From a virus (taxonomy: Duplodnaviria; Caudoviricetes), in the IMG/VR virus record IMGVR_UViG_3300033120_000925, positions 1-64,000 of that record: a stretch of DNA of 64,000 bases, one strand, 5' to 3'. The notes under the pieces are model-generated. The model was given only the letters and a program-made list of their open reading frames with translations. It was not told the DNA's origin and ran no database searches. Positions 48,823 through 60,326 of this stretch are shown piece after piece. Both the position numbers and the translations under genes were made by a program. Position 1 is the stretch's first letter; every line of letters begins with the position of its first letter.

Positions 48823-49022
48823 ATATTTTTTTTATTAGCGATTTCTTTTTCTAACTCAAAGAACTCCATCCAGCATAGATAATTCCATTCAGGTTTTGGA
48901 ACTTCCCATAGTCTGTGGTCGGGATAGTGCCATAATACAGCACTCAATTCAGCGTTTTTGTGTTCCTGTTGCCATTTTTTAGCTAAACGACCTTTTTTTA
49001 AACTCAATCCGGTTATGCCCAT
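48819..49022 (-). CDS. Hypothetical protein
   Basis: ORF track. Confidence 0.5.
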   Translation of the reverse strand: MGITGLSLKKGRLAKKWQQEHKNAELSAVLWHYPDHRLWEVPKPEWNYLCWMEFFELEKEIANKKNI

Positions 49023-49145
49023 CTATTTTCTGAATTTTATGGTTAAAATCCAAGCAATAATCCCGAACTGAATTTCGTGTAGGTCGATGGCGATTCCGAG
49101 TACAAATCCATCGCTTTGGTCGAATGAGAAACGTGGTTTTTTCAT

Positions 49146-49409
49146 CTACAAAAGATTAAATTTGATATTCCAATTTGGGATTGTGCCTTTTAGGAAATGA
49201 GAAATTAAATCCTCTCTTTCTACCTGTTGTCTTGCAGGGTTGTTTTCCGCATTTAACTTATAAAGCGATTTCGCCTCTTTTTTTTCTTTCTTCGTAAAGA
49301 AACTTTGCGCCTGTTGCAAAATATTTCCTTCGCTCTCATACAAGAAGAAGTTTTTTACGATGTGAACTCCATTTCCTTTTTCCTCTAAAACGTGTGTGAT
49401 TTTTTGCAT
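49146..49409 (-). CDS. Hypothetical protein
   Basis: ORF track. Confidence 0.55.
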   Translation of the reverse strand: MQKITHVLEEKGNGVHIVKNFFLYESEGNILQQAQSFFTKKEKKEAKSLYKLNAENNPARQQVEREDLISHFLKGTIPNWNIKFNLL

Positions 49410-49410
49410 T

Positions 49411-49608
49411 TTATTTTTTAGTTTTTATGGTTACTTTTACTTCTTTCGATTTTGAATTTCGTCGAACCCAATCGTCCAAAAACTCGTAAAGCTCATTTAA
49501 TGCTACTGAATTACTTTCATTTGGGCGGTTATACCGTATCGTATTAGGACTTCCTGTCAAGATTTTCGATACCTCGCTGTATTTTATTATTTTCTTAAAA
49601 TCTGACAT
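49411..49608 (-). CDS. Small possible HTH protein
   Basis: IKYSEVSKILTGSPNTIR pattern. Confidence 0.5.
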   Translation of the reverse strand: MSDFKKIIKYSEVSKILTGSPNTIRYNRPNESNSVALNELYEFLDDWVRRNSKSKEVKVTIKTKK

Positions 49609-49767
49609 TTCGCTGCTATTTAAATTAAAAAATGTGAGGTTGAACTAGGCATACGCTCTCTTCCTTCCGTACTCACCCAATCTTTGCGTAGATTGACGCT
49701 CCATTCGAGATTTTACCGTAATCCAATGGCTTTACCTTCTCCTAGCGGTGTCTAAGGCAACAGTATT

Positions 49768-50151
49768 TTAAAATGGTAAATCTTGATTGTCATCTTCACC
49801 ACCGGCTTGCGAAGGATTTGTTTTCGTGTTGTATTGCTCGACTGCGCTATTCGTCGCCGGACTTTGTTTCGATGTGTCTTCTTTTGCGATTCTCCACGCT
49901 GATATGGTATTAAAATAGACATCTTCTCCTTGTGGGTTTACCCAAATTCTTCCATTGATATTGATGTCAACTTTTACTGCATCTCCTACTTTGTAGCTAT
50001 CTAATACATCGCATTTGTCTTTTACAAACTGCATAATAATATGCTGTGGATATTCGCTATCTGTTGTGATTACGAAATCTCTTTTTTTGAATCCTTGAGT
50101 TCCGACCTCTTTAGTCGTGTCAATCATCTTGATTTTTCCTGAAATGTCCAT
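49768..50151 (-). CDS. DUF3127 family OB-fold single-stranded DNA-binding protein
   Basis: FKKRDFVI...YPQHI...GRIW...YFNTISAWRI and acidic DLPF tail. Confidence 0.85.
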   Translation of the reverse strand: MDISGKIKMIDTTKEVGTQGFKKRDFVITTDSEYPQHIIMQFVKDKCDVLDSYKVGDAVKVDININGRIWVNPQGEDVYFNTISAWRIAKEDTSKQSPATNSAVEQYNTKTNPSQAGGEDDNQDLPF

Positions 50152-50293
50152 TTGTATTTGTTTTAAATTTTAAAATATTTTCGTTTTTTGTTTCCGTACC
50201 AAATAAGCCAATCTCCTTCGCTTGTTCTGTCAAGTCTTGGATGTAGCCAAAACTCTATAATCCCTAAAATGATAATTCCTGTAATCATACCGT

Positions 50294-50485
50294 TTAGTTT
50301 TGCTTACTCCAAAAACTCTTGTGAAACCAACCTATTCTTTCCGGATTTCCTTCCTGCGAAAAAAGAACCTTTATCCTGTCAAGCCTTTCGTCGCATTTTT
50401 TTACGGTTCCAAAGTACTTTTGGCCCTCAAGAACGACGAAAACTCTATCGTCAACTTCAAATCCGGTGCTGTTGAATAATTCCAT
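50294..50485 (-). CDS. Hypothetical protein
   Basis: ORF track. Confidence 0.5.
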   Translation of the reverse strand: MELFNSTGFEVDDRVFVVLEGQKYFGTVKKCDERLDRIKVLFSQEGNPERIGWFHKSFWSKQN

Positions 50486-50665
50486 TAGTTTTCTGTTTTT
50501 AATTAAATCGGCTTTGATGTTATCTCCACCGATTCCTCTCTATCTAGCGGGATTTCATTGCTACTAAGTTTTGTCGGGTGATTTTATTAAGCTGTAACAA
50601 TCTGAAATCACTTAATCGATTCGTTACCCATTTTTCCGTCCGACAAAAACTCATTACTTTCCCTA

Positions 50666-50872
50666 TTATGGTTCAATTTTATACTGCGCAAACCCCTTCT
50701 GAAACTCCTGATACCGAAACCCTTTCTGCTTCACCATATTCTTGAAATCTCCGTGTGACATTTCCTTTGTTCCGATGTACTCTCCGGTTTTCTTGTTGTA
50801 CTTCACTACTTCCATAATATGACTTGCAGGGATTAAATCAGGTGCATATTTACTCTTATCTTGTTTTGCCAT
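50666..50872 (-). CDS. Hypothetical protein
   Basis: ORF track. Confidence 0.55.
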   Translation of the reverse strand: MAKQDKSKYAPDLIPASHIMEVVKYNKKTGEYIGTKEMSHGDFKNMVKQKGFRYQEFQKGFAQYKIEP

Positions 50873-51268
50873 TTACTACCATCGAGTTTCTTTCGGGCAG
50901 TTCGCCGACGTTTCCCGCAACTCCTTCAATAACCACGACCAAAACTCTCTGAACTTATTCATAATTTATTTTTTTAATGTTTCATTCCAATATTCAATAG
51001 CTGGGTTTAAAATGACAATATACCCTATGGCAAAAAATACCCATCTATACCAATTATGCAGTTGAAAATAAACACCAATACAAGTGAATCCTACCACAAA
51101 AAGAATCCCTACTATAAAAAATCTTACTGCTTTTTCTTTCATAATTTTAGTTTTTGTTTGATAATATTCCTGTAAACCGAATTAACGGATTCCTTGTTTC
51201 CTCCTCGGCGAGTTAAATACTCCATTACCCTAACTATTCTTTGAAGGGGTGAGGTCTTTTGGACTTTT

Positions 51269-51514
51269 CTACTCATTTTTGATTTGTTTTTTAATGTCGC
51301 CAATCGTAAATATTCCTTGAGCCGTATTGTCTAATGGATAAACTTTTGTTTCGTCTGATAGTTTTGAAGCAATCGGGTTAATCCATCGAATCTCGCTACT
51401 CCTAAAAGCCACATCTTCAAATTCCACATAATCCCTAATACCTTCTGGAATATCGCCGTATTCGTCCAATTCGAAATCTTCCCCACTAATTAAAATCCCA
51501 AATATTGTACTCAT
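51269..51514 (-). CDS. Hypothetical protein
   Basis: ORF track. Confidence 0.55.
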   Translation of the reverse strand: MSTIFGILISGEDFELDEYGDIPEGIRDYVEFEDVAFRSSEIRWINPIASKLSDETKVYPLDNTAQGIFTIGDIKKQIKNE

Positions 51515-51732
51515 AGCTTTTCGATTTCGAGTTTTAACTCTTGAAGGCCTTTGATGATATAATCCGAATACCCATCTAAAATACCTTTTCCGTAGCCGAA
51601 ATGATTAATTGTACCTTGCTCTAACATTTTGTCAATCGCCACCAAAGCACATTTTTTAGCCACGATATAAGGCACTGTATGGTCAATTTTAAAATCCATT
51701 ACGAATTCTTCCGCCGTTTGTTTTTTGCTCAT
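51511..51732 (-). CDS. Hypothetical protein
   Basis: ORF track. Confidence 0.55.
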   Translation of the reverse strand: MSKKQTAEEFVMDFKIDHTVPYIVAKKCALVAIDKMLEQGTINHFGYGKGILDGYSDYIIKGLQELKLEIEKL

Positions 51733-51859
51733 AATTTCTCTTCGTTTATTACTAAATACTGAATTCCTTCTTCTGTTCTCTTCACTGTTCCTTTTGGGAT
51801 GAGTGCCGTCGCTTTTTCGTCGCCCAATAAATGAAGAGTTTCGGCCATATAGATTACTT

Positions 51860-53065
51860 TCATAGTTTAAGTTTTGAAATTATTTCTACCAAGCAGTTTA
51901 CTACTATGGAGTTTCCTGCTTGCTTGTAGGCTTGCGAATCCGAAACATCCCATTTGAAATCTTCGTTGAAATCCATCAATCGGAAGCATTCCGCCGGCGT
52001 AAGTCTTCTTATTCTTTGATTACTTGTTATTTTTGGCTCTTGCCCACCTCCTTGCATAGTTGTAAGCGAAGGGGAAACTCCGTTTTTACCGTAAACTCTT
52101 GAGTTTTGTTCGTGATTACCAGGTAAATTAAACTCTACAACTACATTATCTTTCTGAACCGTAGTAAGCGCATTACTAACTCCACTTTCGTTTATTTCAA
52201 GCATTTGTTCTGTGGGTAATCCTGAAACTCTACTTAATGGATTTTGTGGATTACGACCTCGAATGGCGCCTATTTTTACTTGATTTATATAAGTATTTGT
52301 AATTGGCATTTTATGATAAACGGCAGGAATACAAGCGGCTACTTCTTCCGAATCAGAATCTAACGGTTTAAACATACCTGAAAACACACCTGTTTTAGTT
52401 GCAAAATGATTCAGCATACTATCGCTTAAAAAATACTTTTCGTCAACTTCGCTTTCAAGAACATCTTTCAGTCTTTTAACCAAATGAAACTGCTTTGGGA
52501 ACGAAAACTCATTATCCGAATCATCACGAATCCCTATAATGAAAATTCTTTCACGGTTTTGTGGCACTCCGTAGTGTTTTGCATTCATAACCTGGTAGTA
52601 CACATGATACGGAACGCTATTTTCGTGAGGGAAGATTACCGGATTACCGTTTACGGTTTTCCCGCCCAAATAATCAATCCAACGCTGAAAAGTCTTTCCG
52701 CCATCGTCGCTCAACAATCCTTTTACATTTTCGAATATGAAGTAACGAGGATTGTTCTTTTGGATAAATTCGTGGGAGTTGTAAAACAAAACTCCTTTAT
52801 CGATATTTTCCCCTTGACGCTTACCGGCCAAAGAAAACGATTGGCAAGGCGGCGAAGTCATATAAATATCCAATGAATCTGACGGAATCTCTCTATCATA
52901 AACATTCTCCGGATAGTATTTAGGCTCACCGTAATTCAAAATATAGGTTTGACGAGCGTATTTATCCATATCACAAGCGAACATCTTGTCCTGAACTATC
53001 CCCAATCTCGACAAAGCCTGATCGAATGCCCCAACACCGCTAAAATCTGAACCTGTCTTAATCAT
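51860..53065 (-). CDS. C5 cytosine DNA methyltransferase (orphan)
   Basis: FSGVG, SPPCQSFS, FENVKG, PQNRER, RRLTPAEC, YKQAGNS motifs. Confidence 0.93.
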   Translation of the reverse strand: MIKTGSDFSGVGAFDQALSRLGIVQDKMFACDMDKYARQTYILNYGEPKYYPENVYDREIPSDSLDIYMTSPPCQSFSLAGKRQGENIDKGVLFYNSHEFIQKNNPRYFIFENVKGLLSDDGGKTFQRWIDYLGGKTVNGNPVIFPHENSVPYHVYYQVMNAKHYGVPQNRERIFIIGIRDDSDNEFSFPKQFHLVKRLKDVLESEVDEKYFLSDSMLNHFATKTGVFSGMFKPLDSDSEEVAACIPAVYHKMPITNTYINQVKIGAIRGRNPQNPLSRVSGLPTEQMLEINESGVSNALTTVQKDNVVVEFNLPGNHEQNSRVYGKNGVSPSLTTMQGGGQEPKITSNQRIRRLTPAECFRLMDFNEDFKWDVSDSQAYKQAGNSIVVNCLVEIISKLKL

Positions 53066-53313
53066 ACTTTATTTCTTTTCATTCGTTCCTCGGCGTCCAA
53101 CATCCATTTTGGCTTGGCCGGAGCAGATATTAATTCAGGATTGATTTTTACTCCTTCATTTTTAGCTTTTACTCCCTCATTTACTCCCTCACTCTTAACC
53201 AAAACTCGTTTATCCAAAAACTCCCTAACCATAACCTTAAATTCAGCCACAGAAGATGCAGGAACCTTAACCGGAACTCTTACTATTTCTTCACCGTACT
53301 TTAATGGCCTCAT
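53062..53313 (-). CDS. Small protein, possible ribbon-helix-helix
   Basis: RPLKYGEEIVRVPVKVPAS start. Confidence 0.45.
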   Translation of the reverse strand: MRPLKYGEEIVRVPVKVPASSVAEFKVMVREFLDKRVLVKSEGVNEGVKAKNEGVKINPELISAPAKPKWMLDAEERMKRNKV

Positions 53314-54387
53314 ATCTTAATTAGTTTAGGGTGTCCATAACTACTATTTAGAGGTTTAGGGTGTACTAAACTAATCTCTCTAATAATTCAACAAGGCAAA
53401 TTTACGCCATTAGTTTCACATAACCAAACAAAAATGGAAATAATTTCACTTTCAATGGAAACTATTTCTGTAATCCAAATAAAGCCTTGTAAGCAACGAT
53501 AACCAAAAATCCTATCCAAGAACACAGGAATACCCCTTTTCGCTCGTAAGGAAGCGCCTATTTAAGCCTACGAATCTCCTAACGCTGATACTCGTGGGGA
53601 GGTTTAATATTAGAGAGAAAAGAGGAGGGTTGGGGTTATATACCATCATACGGTGTCAATCATAGCAAAGGAAACGTAATAAATTAAAGGGGTGGGGTGT
53701 GTTTTTGGTTTTCCTTTCTCAAATGGTTTCAAATCGTGCTTTTCCTGGTTCTTATGTGTAAATATTGCAACTAAATTACAAACTTAATCTTATTATGATT
53801 AACTATTTTAACGTACAATCGTAGCAATAGCAAGGCTTAGCCAATTTACAACATCGTTTTACTCCGAGTTTTCTATTCAACATTAGGAAACTATTACGTA
53901 TTACATTACAATTAAGACCAAACAATTATAATTTGAATTAACTAGCCGTGTTTGTTGTTGTGATAGCCTCATACAGCCTATTCTAAACTATTTTTTAGAC
54001 ACGCCTAAATTTAATAATAAACGTGTGTTTTTACTCTTGTGTTTTCCTCTTACTGTTTCCTTTCTTTCTTTGGGTAGTTTTGGCGGTATTCCTTGAATAA
54101 CTTTTGTTTTTGGCTGGATTATATTGTCTATGTTATTTGATTGCTTATAACGTCTTAATTTGATTTGATAGTTTTGGGAGTTTTCGTGTATGATTTTAAT
54201 TAGATGGTTTTTGTTGTTTGTTCCTGGTGTTTTACTTATTGTGGTTCTTTGTTTTATTTGGGAGTTTTGATGGTATTATTTTATTTTGTAGGATTTTATT
54301 CATAACATTAAATCCTTGTGAAGTATTGGTTTTACTCACTTTATTAACTTAGTCGTTTGTAAACGGAAATTATTTCACAATATACTT
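53314..54387. other. ~1.07-kb divergent intergenic region, candidate packaging/terminus or control region
   Basis: No ORF of 60 aa or more in track; transcription direction switches here. Confidence 0.5.
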
Positions 54388-54393
54388 GTGGGA

Positions 54394-54416
54394 TATATTT
54401 GTTTGCCATACATTTG
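54394..54416 (+). promoter_or_regulatory. Tandem TAnnTTTG boxes heading the small-gene array
   Basis: TATATTTG 54394 and TACATTTG 54409. Confidence 0.6.
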
Positions 54417-54462
54417 CTACATCAAAACGAAACAAACATTATTAATCTTATATCTTATTATT

Positions 54463-54828
54463 ATGAACTACTCAAACATTAAAAAATTAGCATTGAATGA
54501 ATTAAAAGACTCTTTAAATTATTCTAATTATGCTATTGGACACAATAATACTTATAATAATGGAAGAGGTAACGAACATTATTTAGAGTATGCAACAAGG
54601 TTAAGAGTTACAATTAGTCTTTTTGAACAAAAATTAAATAAAAGGTTTATTACTCTTTTTGTAAAACTGTTCAAACCTGATGTTTTATTAACACTGAAAG
54701 ATTGTGATATTTCGCATTGCATATTATCATTATGTAACTACATTAATTTTGAAAGTGGAACTATTGATTTTGATAAAATCAAAGAAAACAATCGTTTAAC
54801 CGAAAAACAACTAAATTATTTTAACTAA
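54463..54828 (+). CDS. Hypothetical early protein (ORF track 54388; ATG 54463)
   Basis: ORF track; ATG downstream of promoter. Confidence 0.55.
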   Translation: MNYSNIKKLALNELKDSLNYSNYAIGHNNTYNNGRGNEHYLEYATRLRVTISLFEQKLNKRFITLFVKLFKPDVLLTLKDCDISHCILSLCNYINFESGTIDFDKIKENNRLTEKQLNYFN

Positions 54829-54980
54829 AAACTAAACAAATGAAAACACTATCTAAAATCTTCGACAAAATTAGTTTCTTTCTTTATGGCGGTAAGGCTA
54901 TTGGAATTTACGCTTAATCGGGCAGTTTTGCCCATATTTCAAACTCAAACAAAAACAAATAACTCAAAATTTATAACATC

Positions 54981-57188
54981 ATGAAAATAGAACTAATTAC
55001 CCCAGAACAACACGAAAAACTATTTAATATTTATTCAAAATTTCCTGCTTTGACTCTTCAAAATAAAGGTTATGAGTATATTAAAAAAGATAGTTTAACC
55101 GACGAAGAAAAAACAGTCTTAAAAGAAGTTGAAGAAGTTTTAAAAAAATCAATTTGCGGCTTTAGTAGTTTTTCAAATTTCAGACTGGATAAAAATAACG
55201 ATGTTCAGATACGAATACAATATAATTATGGTGCTGAAGACAAAAGCAGTCAATTTATAGGCGCAGGATATATTTTATTAGACGAACTTTTAAACGGATT
55301 TAAAAACTAAAAATTTCACATTATAACAACTTCAAAAAATACTAATTATGATATCAACAAATTTAATCACGTTCGAAATATCATTTCAAAATAACGGTGC
55401 GGAAACATTAATTTTCAATGTTTCAAATGAAAGTTTAAACCAACTTTTAAACGTTTTAAAATCTCGAAAACTCTACACAAGTAAAATAAAAGAGTTTGAC
55501 AGAACGCAAAGCAAGTTTAAAACTGTAAGCAAAAAAAGACTTTTGCAATGTATCGACTATCATACAGAATTATTTGAACTTTTAAAATAACCTTTTTTCC
55601 TCCCTTGTAAGTTTAAAGACTTTTAACCCTTATTCGTTTGGGGCTTGGGAACAATTTTAACAAAGAGTTTTAACCAAATTTAAAAACTATAGTTATGAGA
55701 AAGACAATACACCAGTCAAAGAAAAATAACATAAAAGTTATTAAGGAATTTAAGAAAGATGGCGATTTTACATATTTGATATTTGATTTTCAAGGTAATT
55801 TAATTGAAAATTTAGGTAATAGAAATATTGAGGGAGTTAATAGATATTTAAAATTGTAATTATGGAATATAGTATAAAGCATTTAGATAGTGACACGCAT
55901 AAATCTTACAATTTTACAAGGGATTATACGGAAAATTTCAACAGCGACGAAGAAGCATTTTTATTTGTAGCTAAAACAAACGAAAGTCAAAGTTTCTGTT
56001 ATGGACAAAAAGACTTTTTTAATGATGAAGAAATACAAAAAAAGTACGACAAATGGAGAAGCAATTTAACAATAGCTCAATACAAAAATTTAACCCAATG
56101 AAAAAGCAACCACAAATAATATTTATAATCGTTTTGGGCATCTATTTTTTATTTAATGGATGTTTACCCCGAACAGAAAAGAAAGACTGGCAATTATACG
56201 CTATTGAATTGCAGGGGGAAGGTTGGAGCAAAGAAGCATCGGAACACATTGCAAAAGTAGAATTTAAAATAATTCCAGAAGATAGTCTTTACATAGCTTA
56301 TATGGAGGATTAGATTTAAGGCGAAAACTCAAATTTCAAATTTAAAAAATCACAAAAAATGGAAAATATAAACATTACAACGCAAGGCGTTAAAGGACAA
56401 ACAACAAAATCCCAAAATGTAGGCTATTTATTGGCTTGTTTAAGACACGAACAAGACAGGATTATAATTGATGATTTTGAAGGAACTGGAAAAGAGTACA
56501 AACAAAGAGAATTGCAAAAAATAGAAATTATCCAAAACGGAAAAGTTTTGTTTAGTGGCGACAAATACGAACTTTTTGAAAAACTAAAATCAACTAACTA
56601 AACACATATAAAGATGAAAACTACCATATTTTACGAAAACAGTTTTGGAATAATAAGCCAATGGACTGGCGAAATTTTAGAATTGAAAGGAAACGTAATA
56701 ACTATCAAAACTTCGCCTAAAAAAGCCTATAAATTCGATTTGAAAGCCAATAGTGAGTTTATGATAGTTTGCAAAAAGAAAATAAAACCTTTACCGCTTT
56801 TAAATTCTGAACATCACAAAAATTATTGGACTGCATTTGACGAAAAATTACGATTTGACATTTTGCAGGAACTCGAAAAAAACGACAATATCCAGGATTA
56901 CTGGAACGGAAATAATTTTAATTAACACATATAGAAACAATGAAAAACTTTGATATTATTTTGAATCAGGCGAAAAAAGAAATTCTTTCAGACATAAACG
57001 AAGGTATTGTTCCTGATACCGTTGCGAGTTTTAGCGAATTACACGATTTTGTAGATGCTAATTATTACGGTGGTTTTTGTGACGAAAATTACAAAGCATC
57101 AAAACACTTTCAGTTTGAGGACGAAATCCAAACAAAACTCGACGAATGGATTAAGTCCGAAGAATTTAAAAATCAATTTAAAAAATAG
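54981..57188 (+). other. Run of small hypothetical early ORFs (54981, 55348, 55862, 56053/56098, 56359, 56614, 56940)
   Basis: Co-oriented ORFs in track, no recognisable domains. Confidence 0.6.
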
Positions 57189-57193
57189 AAACA

Positions 57194-57748
57194 ATGGCGA
57201 ATAACTGCAACAACTGGATAACATTAAATGGTAATGTTTCCGAGATTAAAGAGTTTTCAAAACTTTTAGAGATAGGAGAAAATCAAGAAAACGGTTATGA
57301 TATTTACGCAAACTTATGCAATGAGTTTGGAAAATCGGGAAATGATGGTAGATGGTTTGATATTGTCGTAACAAATGAGGACGAAAATGAAATCACAATT
57401 TCGGGAGATAGTGCTTGGTGTCCTTGCCTTGAATTATTCACGAAAATAAGCGAAAAATACCCATCGTTTGAAATTCATTATGAATACGAAGAACCGGGGT
57501 GCGACTTTGCGGGATTTGCGGATATTTCAGAAGGAAATTGTAATGACAATCAGTTTACATATTGGGAAGGAAAAGCGGTTAACGATTATGATTATGCCTT
57601 TCAAAGCGCATTTGAGGACGTTTCTTGCTATTGCGACGAAACCGAAGAGGATTTTATCGAAAGTGACCTTTACAAAGCGTTTAAACCCGAAGAACAAAAA
57701 GAACTTTTAGAAGAATTTCAACGAATGATAACCGAACAAAACCAATAA
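57194..57748 (+). CDS. YubB/DUF1281 ferredoxin-like domain protein
   Basis: MANNCNNWITL start, SAWCP, YEYEEPGCDFAG motifs. Confidence 0.75.
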   Translation: MANNCNNWITLNGNVSEIKEFSKLLEIGENQENGYDIYANLCNEFGKSGNDGRWFDIVVTNEDENEITISGDSAWCPCLELFTKISEKYPSFEIHYEYEEPGCDFAGFADISEGNCNDNQFTYWEGKAVNDYDYAFQSAFEDVSCYCDETEEDFIESDLYKAFKPEEQKELLEEFQRMITEQNQ

Positions 57749-57750
57749 AA

Positions 57751-58623
57751 ATGGACAACTACGAAAAAATACAGGAAGCAAAAGCATTTCTAAAACAAAA
57801 CGGATATTACACGGACAATCTTTGGCACGTTGACGACGTAAAAGCAAGGTTTCAATGTTCCGACGACGAAGCGCAAAAAGTCCTGCACGATGCTTTAAAA
57901 AACGATGCTACAATGGAGCAAATTAGTTTTGCTATCGGATGGCACGGAGAAGAAGAAAACTTAACTAAAATCGAAGAAAACGACTAAAACTCAAAACAAT
58001 GGCAAAGACAAAAAAAGAATACGAAAGAACAAAGGACAGAATCCTAAACTCGAAACTATCCGAGATTGAAAAAGGAAACCAACTATTTGGGAACTGGATA
58101 AATTATATTTGCTCCAGCACCGAAAAAGCAGAAAGCAACAGCCTTAAATATCAATCCGAGCAAATCCGGGTTAGAATGTAGGCGAAAACTCAAAAAACAA
58201 ATTATATTTACAGTAAAAAACAAAAACCTTAAATTATAGAAATTATGAAAACATTATATTACATCTGGAATACAAAAACTGACGAAAATTTTGACCCAAT
58301 CGAAATGAAATTTTACGGAGCTAATTGGGAGCCACAACTTGAAGAAGATAAAGCCTATCTTCAGGGATTAATCGACGACGACAAAGAAAAATTTAAAGAC
58401 TGTATTATAGAAGAAAAAACCTTTGAAAACTAACAAGATGAAAAATAGAAAATTTGACATTAAAAAAGACTTTCAAGAACTCAACAAACTTGAAAACGAA
58501 ATAATACCTTTAATTGACAAAATGGACTATCAAGACGCTTTAGACGATGGCGAAAGTGAATATAAAAGAAATTTATTAAAAAATTATATTAGAATATTAT
58601 TTCATAATCAATTTAAAAACTAA
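57751..58623 (+). other. Small hypothetical ORFs (57751, 57999, 58245, 58423)
   Basis: ORF track. Confidence 0.55.
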
Positions 58624-58689
58624 GATGAAAAAAGAAAAAACAGACTTCTTGCCCCAGATAATTATTTTAGCATTGATAATTATAATTAT

Positions 58690-58899
58690 TTGTGCATTAT
58701 GATAGTAGAAAAAGCATTTGATAAAGAAGCTTTTTTAGCTGATATTAAGGAGGAAATGGCATATTTAGGGATGAAACTTTCGGAGCTTGCTATTCGGGCA
58801 AAAATCCCCCAAAAAAGGTTCATTTGCTTGATGAACAACAAAGCAAAGTTCAAAAAAGAAGACATCGAAGCAATAGAGAATGTTTTAGGAATTAATTAA
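58690..58899 (+). CDS. XRE-type HTH protein
   Basis: MKLSELAIRAKIPQKRF...IEAIENVLG. Confidence 0.65.
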   Translation: MCIMIVEKAFDKEAFLADIKEEMAYLGMKLSELAIRAKIPQKRFICLMNNKAKFKKEDIEAIENVLGIN

Positions 58900-58912
58900 A
58901 AAAAAAGAAATT

Positions 58913-59319
58913 ATGACAAATATACAATTTTACGGAACTAGTTATTTACCACATCAAACTTGGGCGGACAATTATGAAACAACAAGAGATAAAGACAATT
59001 TACAGTTATTCGACGGCGAAGTTGAAGAAAGTTATTTTGCTACAAATGGAGATTTAATTCATTATGTTAAATATGAAAAAGGAACAATTCTAGTACAAGA
59101 TAAAGATAAAAAAAATTAGAAATTATGGAAAATACAGTTTATTTTCAACCTCCAGGAATTAAGCCTAAATATTGTGAAATTGGTATGGTTTCAGAAACAG
59201 ACCCCGAATACATTTGGTATTTAGAAGAACCTTGTAAAATTCTAATTAGCGAGGTTAAAATCATAGATAAAGAAAATGTGATTTTTGACAAAAGAAGCCG
59301 TTTATATATTGTTAAATAA
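58913..59319 (+). other. Two small hypothetical ORFs (58913, 59125)
   Basis: ORF track. Confidence 0.55.
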
Positions 59320-59332
59320 AAAAAAACAACTA

Positions 59333-59557
59333 ATGACAACATCACAAGAAATAGGCGCAATCCTAAAATCCAAACGAAAATCCAAAAACCTAACCCAAAA
59401 ACAACTAGCTGTTCTCGCCTACAATGAAATAACCTATCAAGGATTAATATCCAGAATAGAAAGCGGAACTTACAAAGAAATTCGGTTTCAAGACGTAGCG
59501 ATAATTTTAAGCGCATTTGGGATTGAACTTATTGAACTAATCGAAAAAACCAACTAA
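59333..59557 (+). CDS. XRE-family HTH regulator (ORF track start 59285)
   Basis: IGAILKSKRKSKNLTQKQLA...ISRIESG. Confidence 0.85.
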   Translation: MTTSQEIGAILKSKRKSKNLTQKQLAVLAYNEITYQGLISRIESGTYKEIRFQDVAIILSAFGIELIELIEKTN

Positions 59558-59560
59558 ACT

Positions 59561-60299
59561 ATGAACACAGTACAAACGGAATACTCAAAAGATTTTAATT
59601 TTTTCCTCAACGAACAAATAGGAATTAATGCAAGGAATCAAGGGAAATATATTTCTTTCTTTTCTCGACTAGATGGAAAACTTTTTAAAACTATCGACCA
59701 TCACAAAGAAATTTCTAACGAAGAAATAATAGAAATGAGCAAAACTATTCATTTAACCCTCCCAAAATACGACTAAATATGAACACAACACTTTTATTAT
59801 CAGTAATCGCTTTAATTGTGCTTTGCGTGCTACTTTTGCGAAAAATCATCAAGCAAGAAATTATTATTTTTGATCTAAACGACAAACTTAATATTTCCGA
59901 CTACGAATACATTTCCTTATTCGGGGAGAATAGAAAACTATCAAAAACTATTGATACATTCGCCGAAATTCGTCATTCTGAATCTTGGTATTCCGAAGAA
60001 AACGAAAAAAGAATGAATATTATCGGGCAAAATGGCAACGACGGAGAACATTACAAAAACGAAAAATTATGAAATTATCTACAGACGACATATTTGTTTT
60101 GTCAATCGCTCTTGAACAATTACACAATCCAAAAGGGAAATGCCCTTTAAATGAAGGCGGAATAAGAAAACTTGCTTCTATTCAAGCAAAAATGGCCGAA
60201 CACTTATTGCCAGTAAAAGCAAAAGATATTGTTGATGGTCTCGCAGAACTATTATTAAAAAGTATAAATTACGACAAACAAAAAGCCTCCCAGAAATGA
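59561..60299 (+). other. Three small hypothetical ORFs (59561; 59779 with N-terminal TM; ~60070)
   Basis: ORF track. Confidence 0.55.
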
Positions 60300-60312
60300 G
60301 AGGCTTTTTTTT
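60280..60312. terminator. Bidirectional terminator
   Basis: AAAAAGCCTC...GAGGCTTTTTTT. Confidence 0.85.
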
Positions 60313-60326
60313 ATGTTTAAAAATGA

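Noticed and set aside
58235-59130. Repeated AGAAATTATG before several early genes
   Set aside because: This is explained by the A-rich, Shine-Dalgarno-less translation initiation typical of Bacteroidota.
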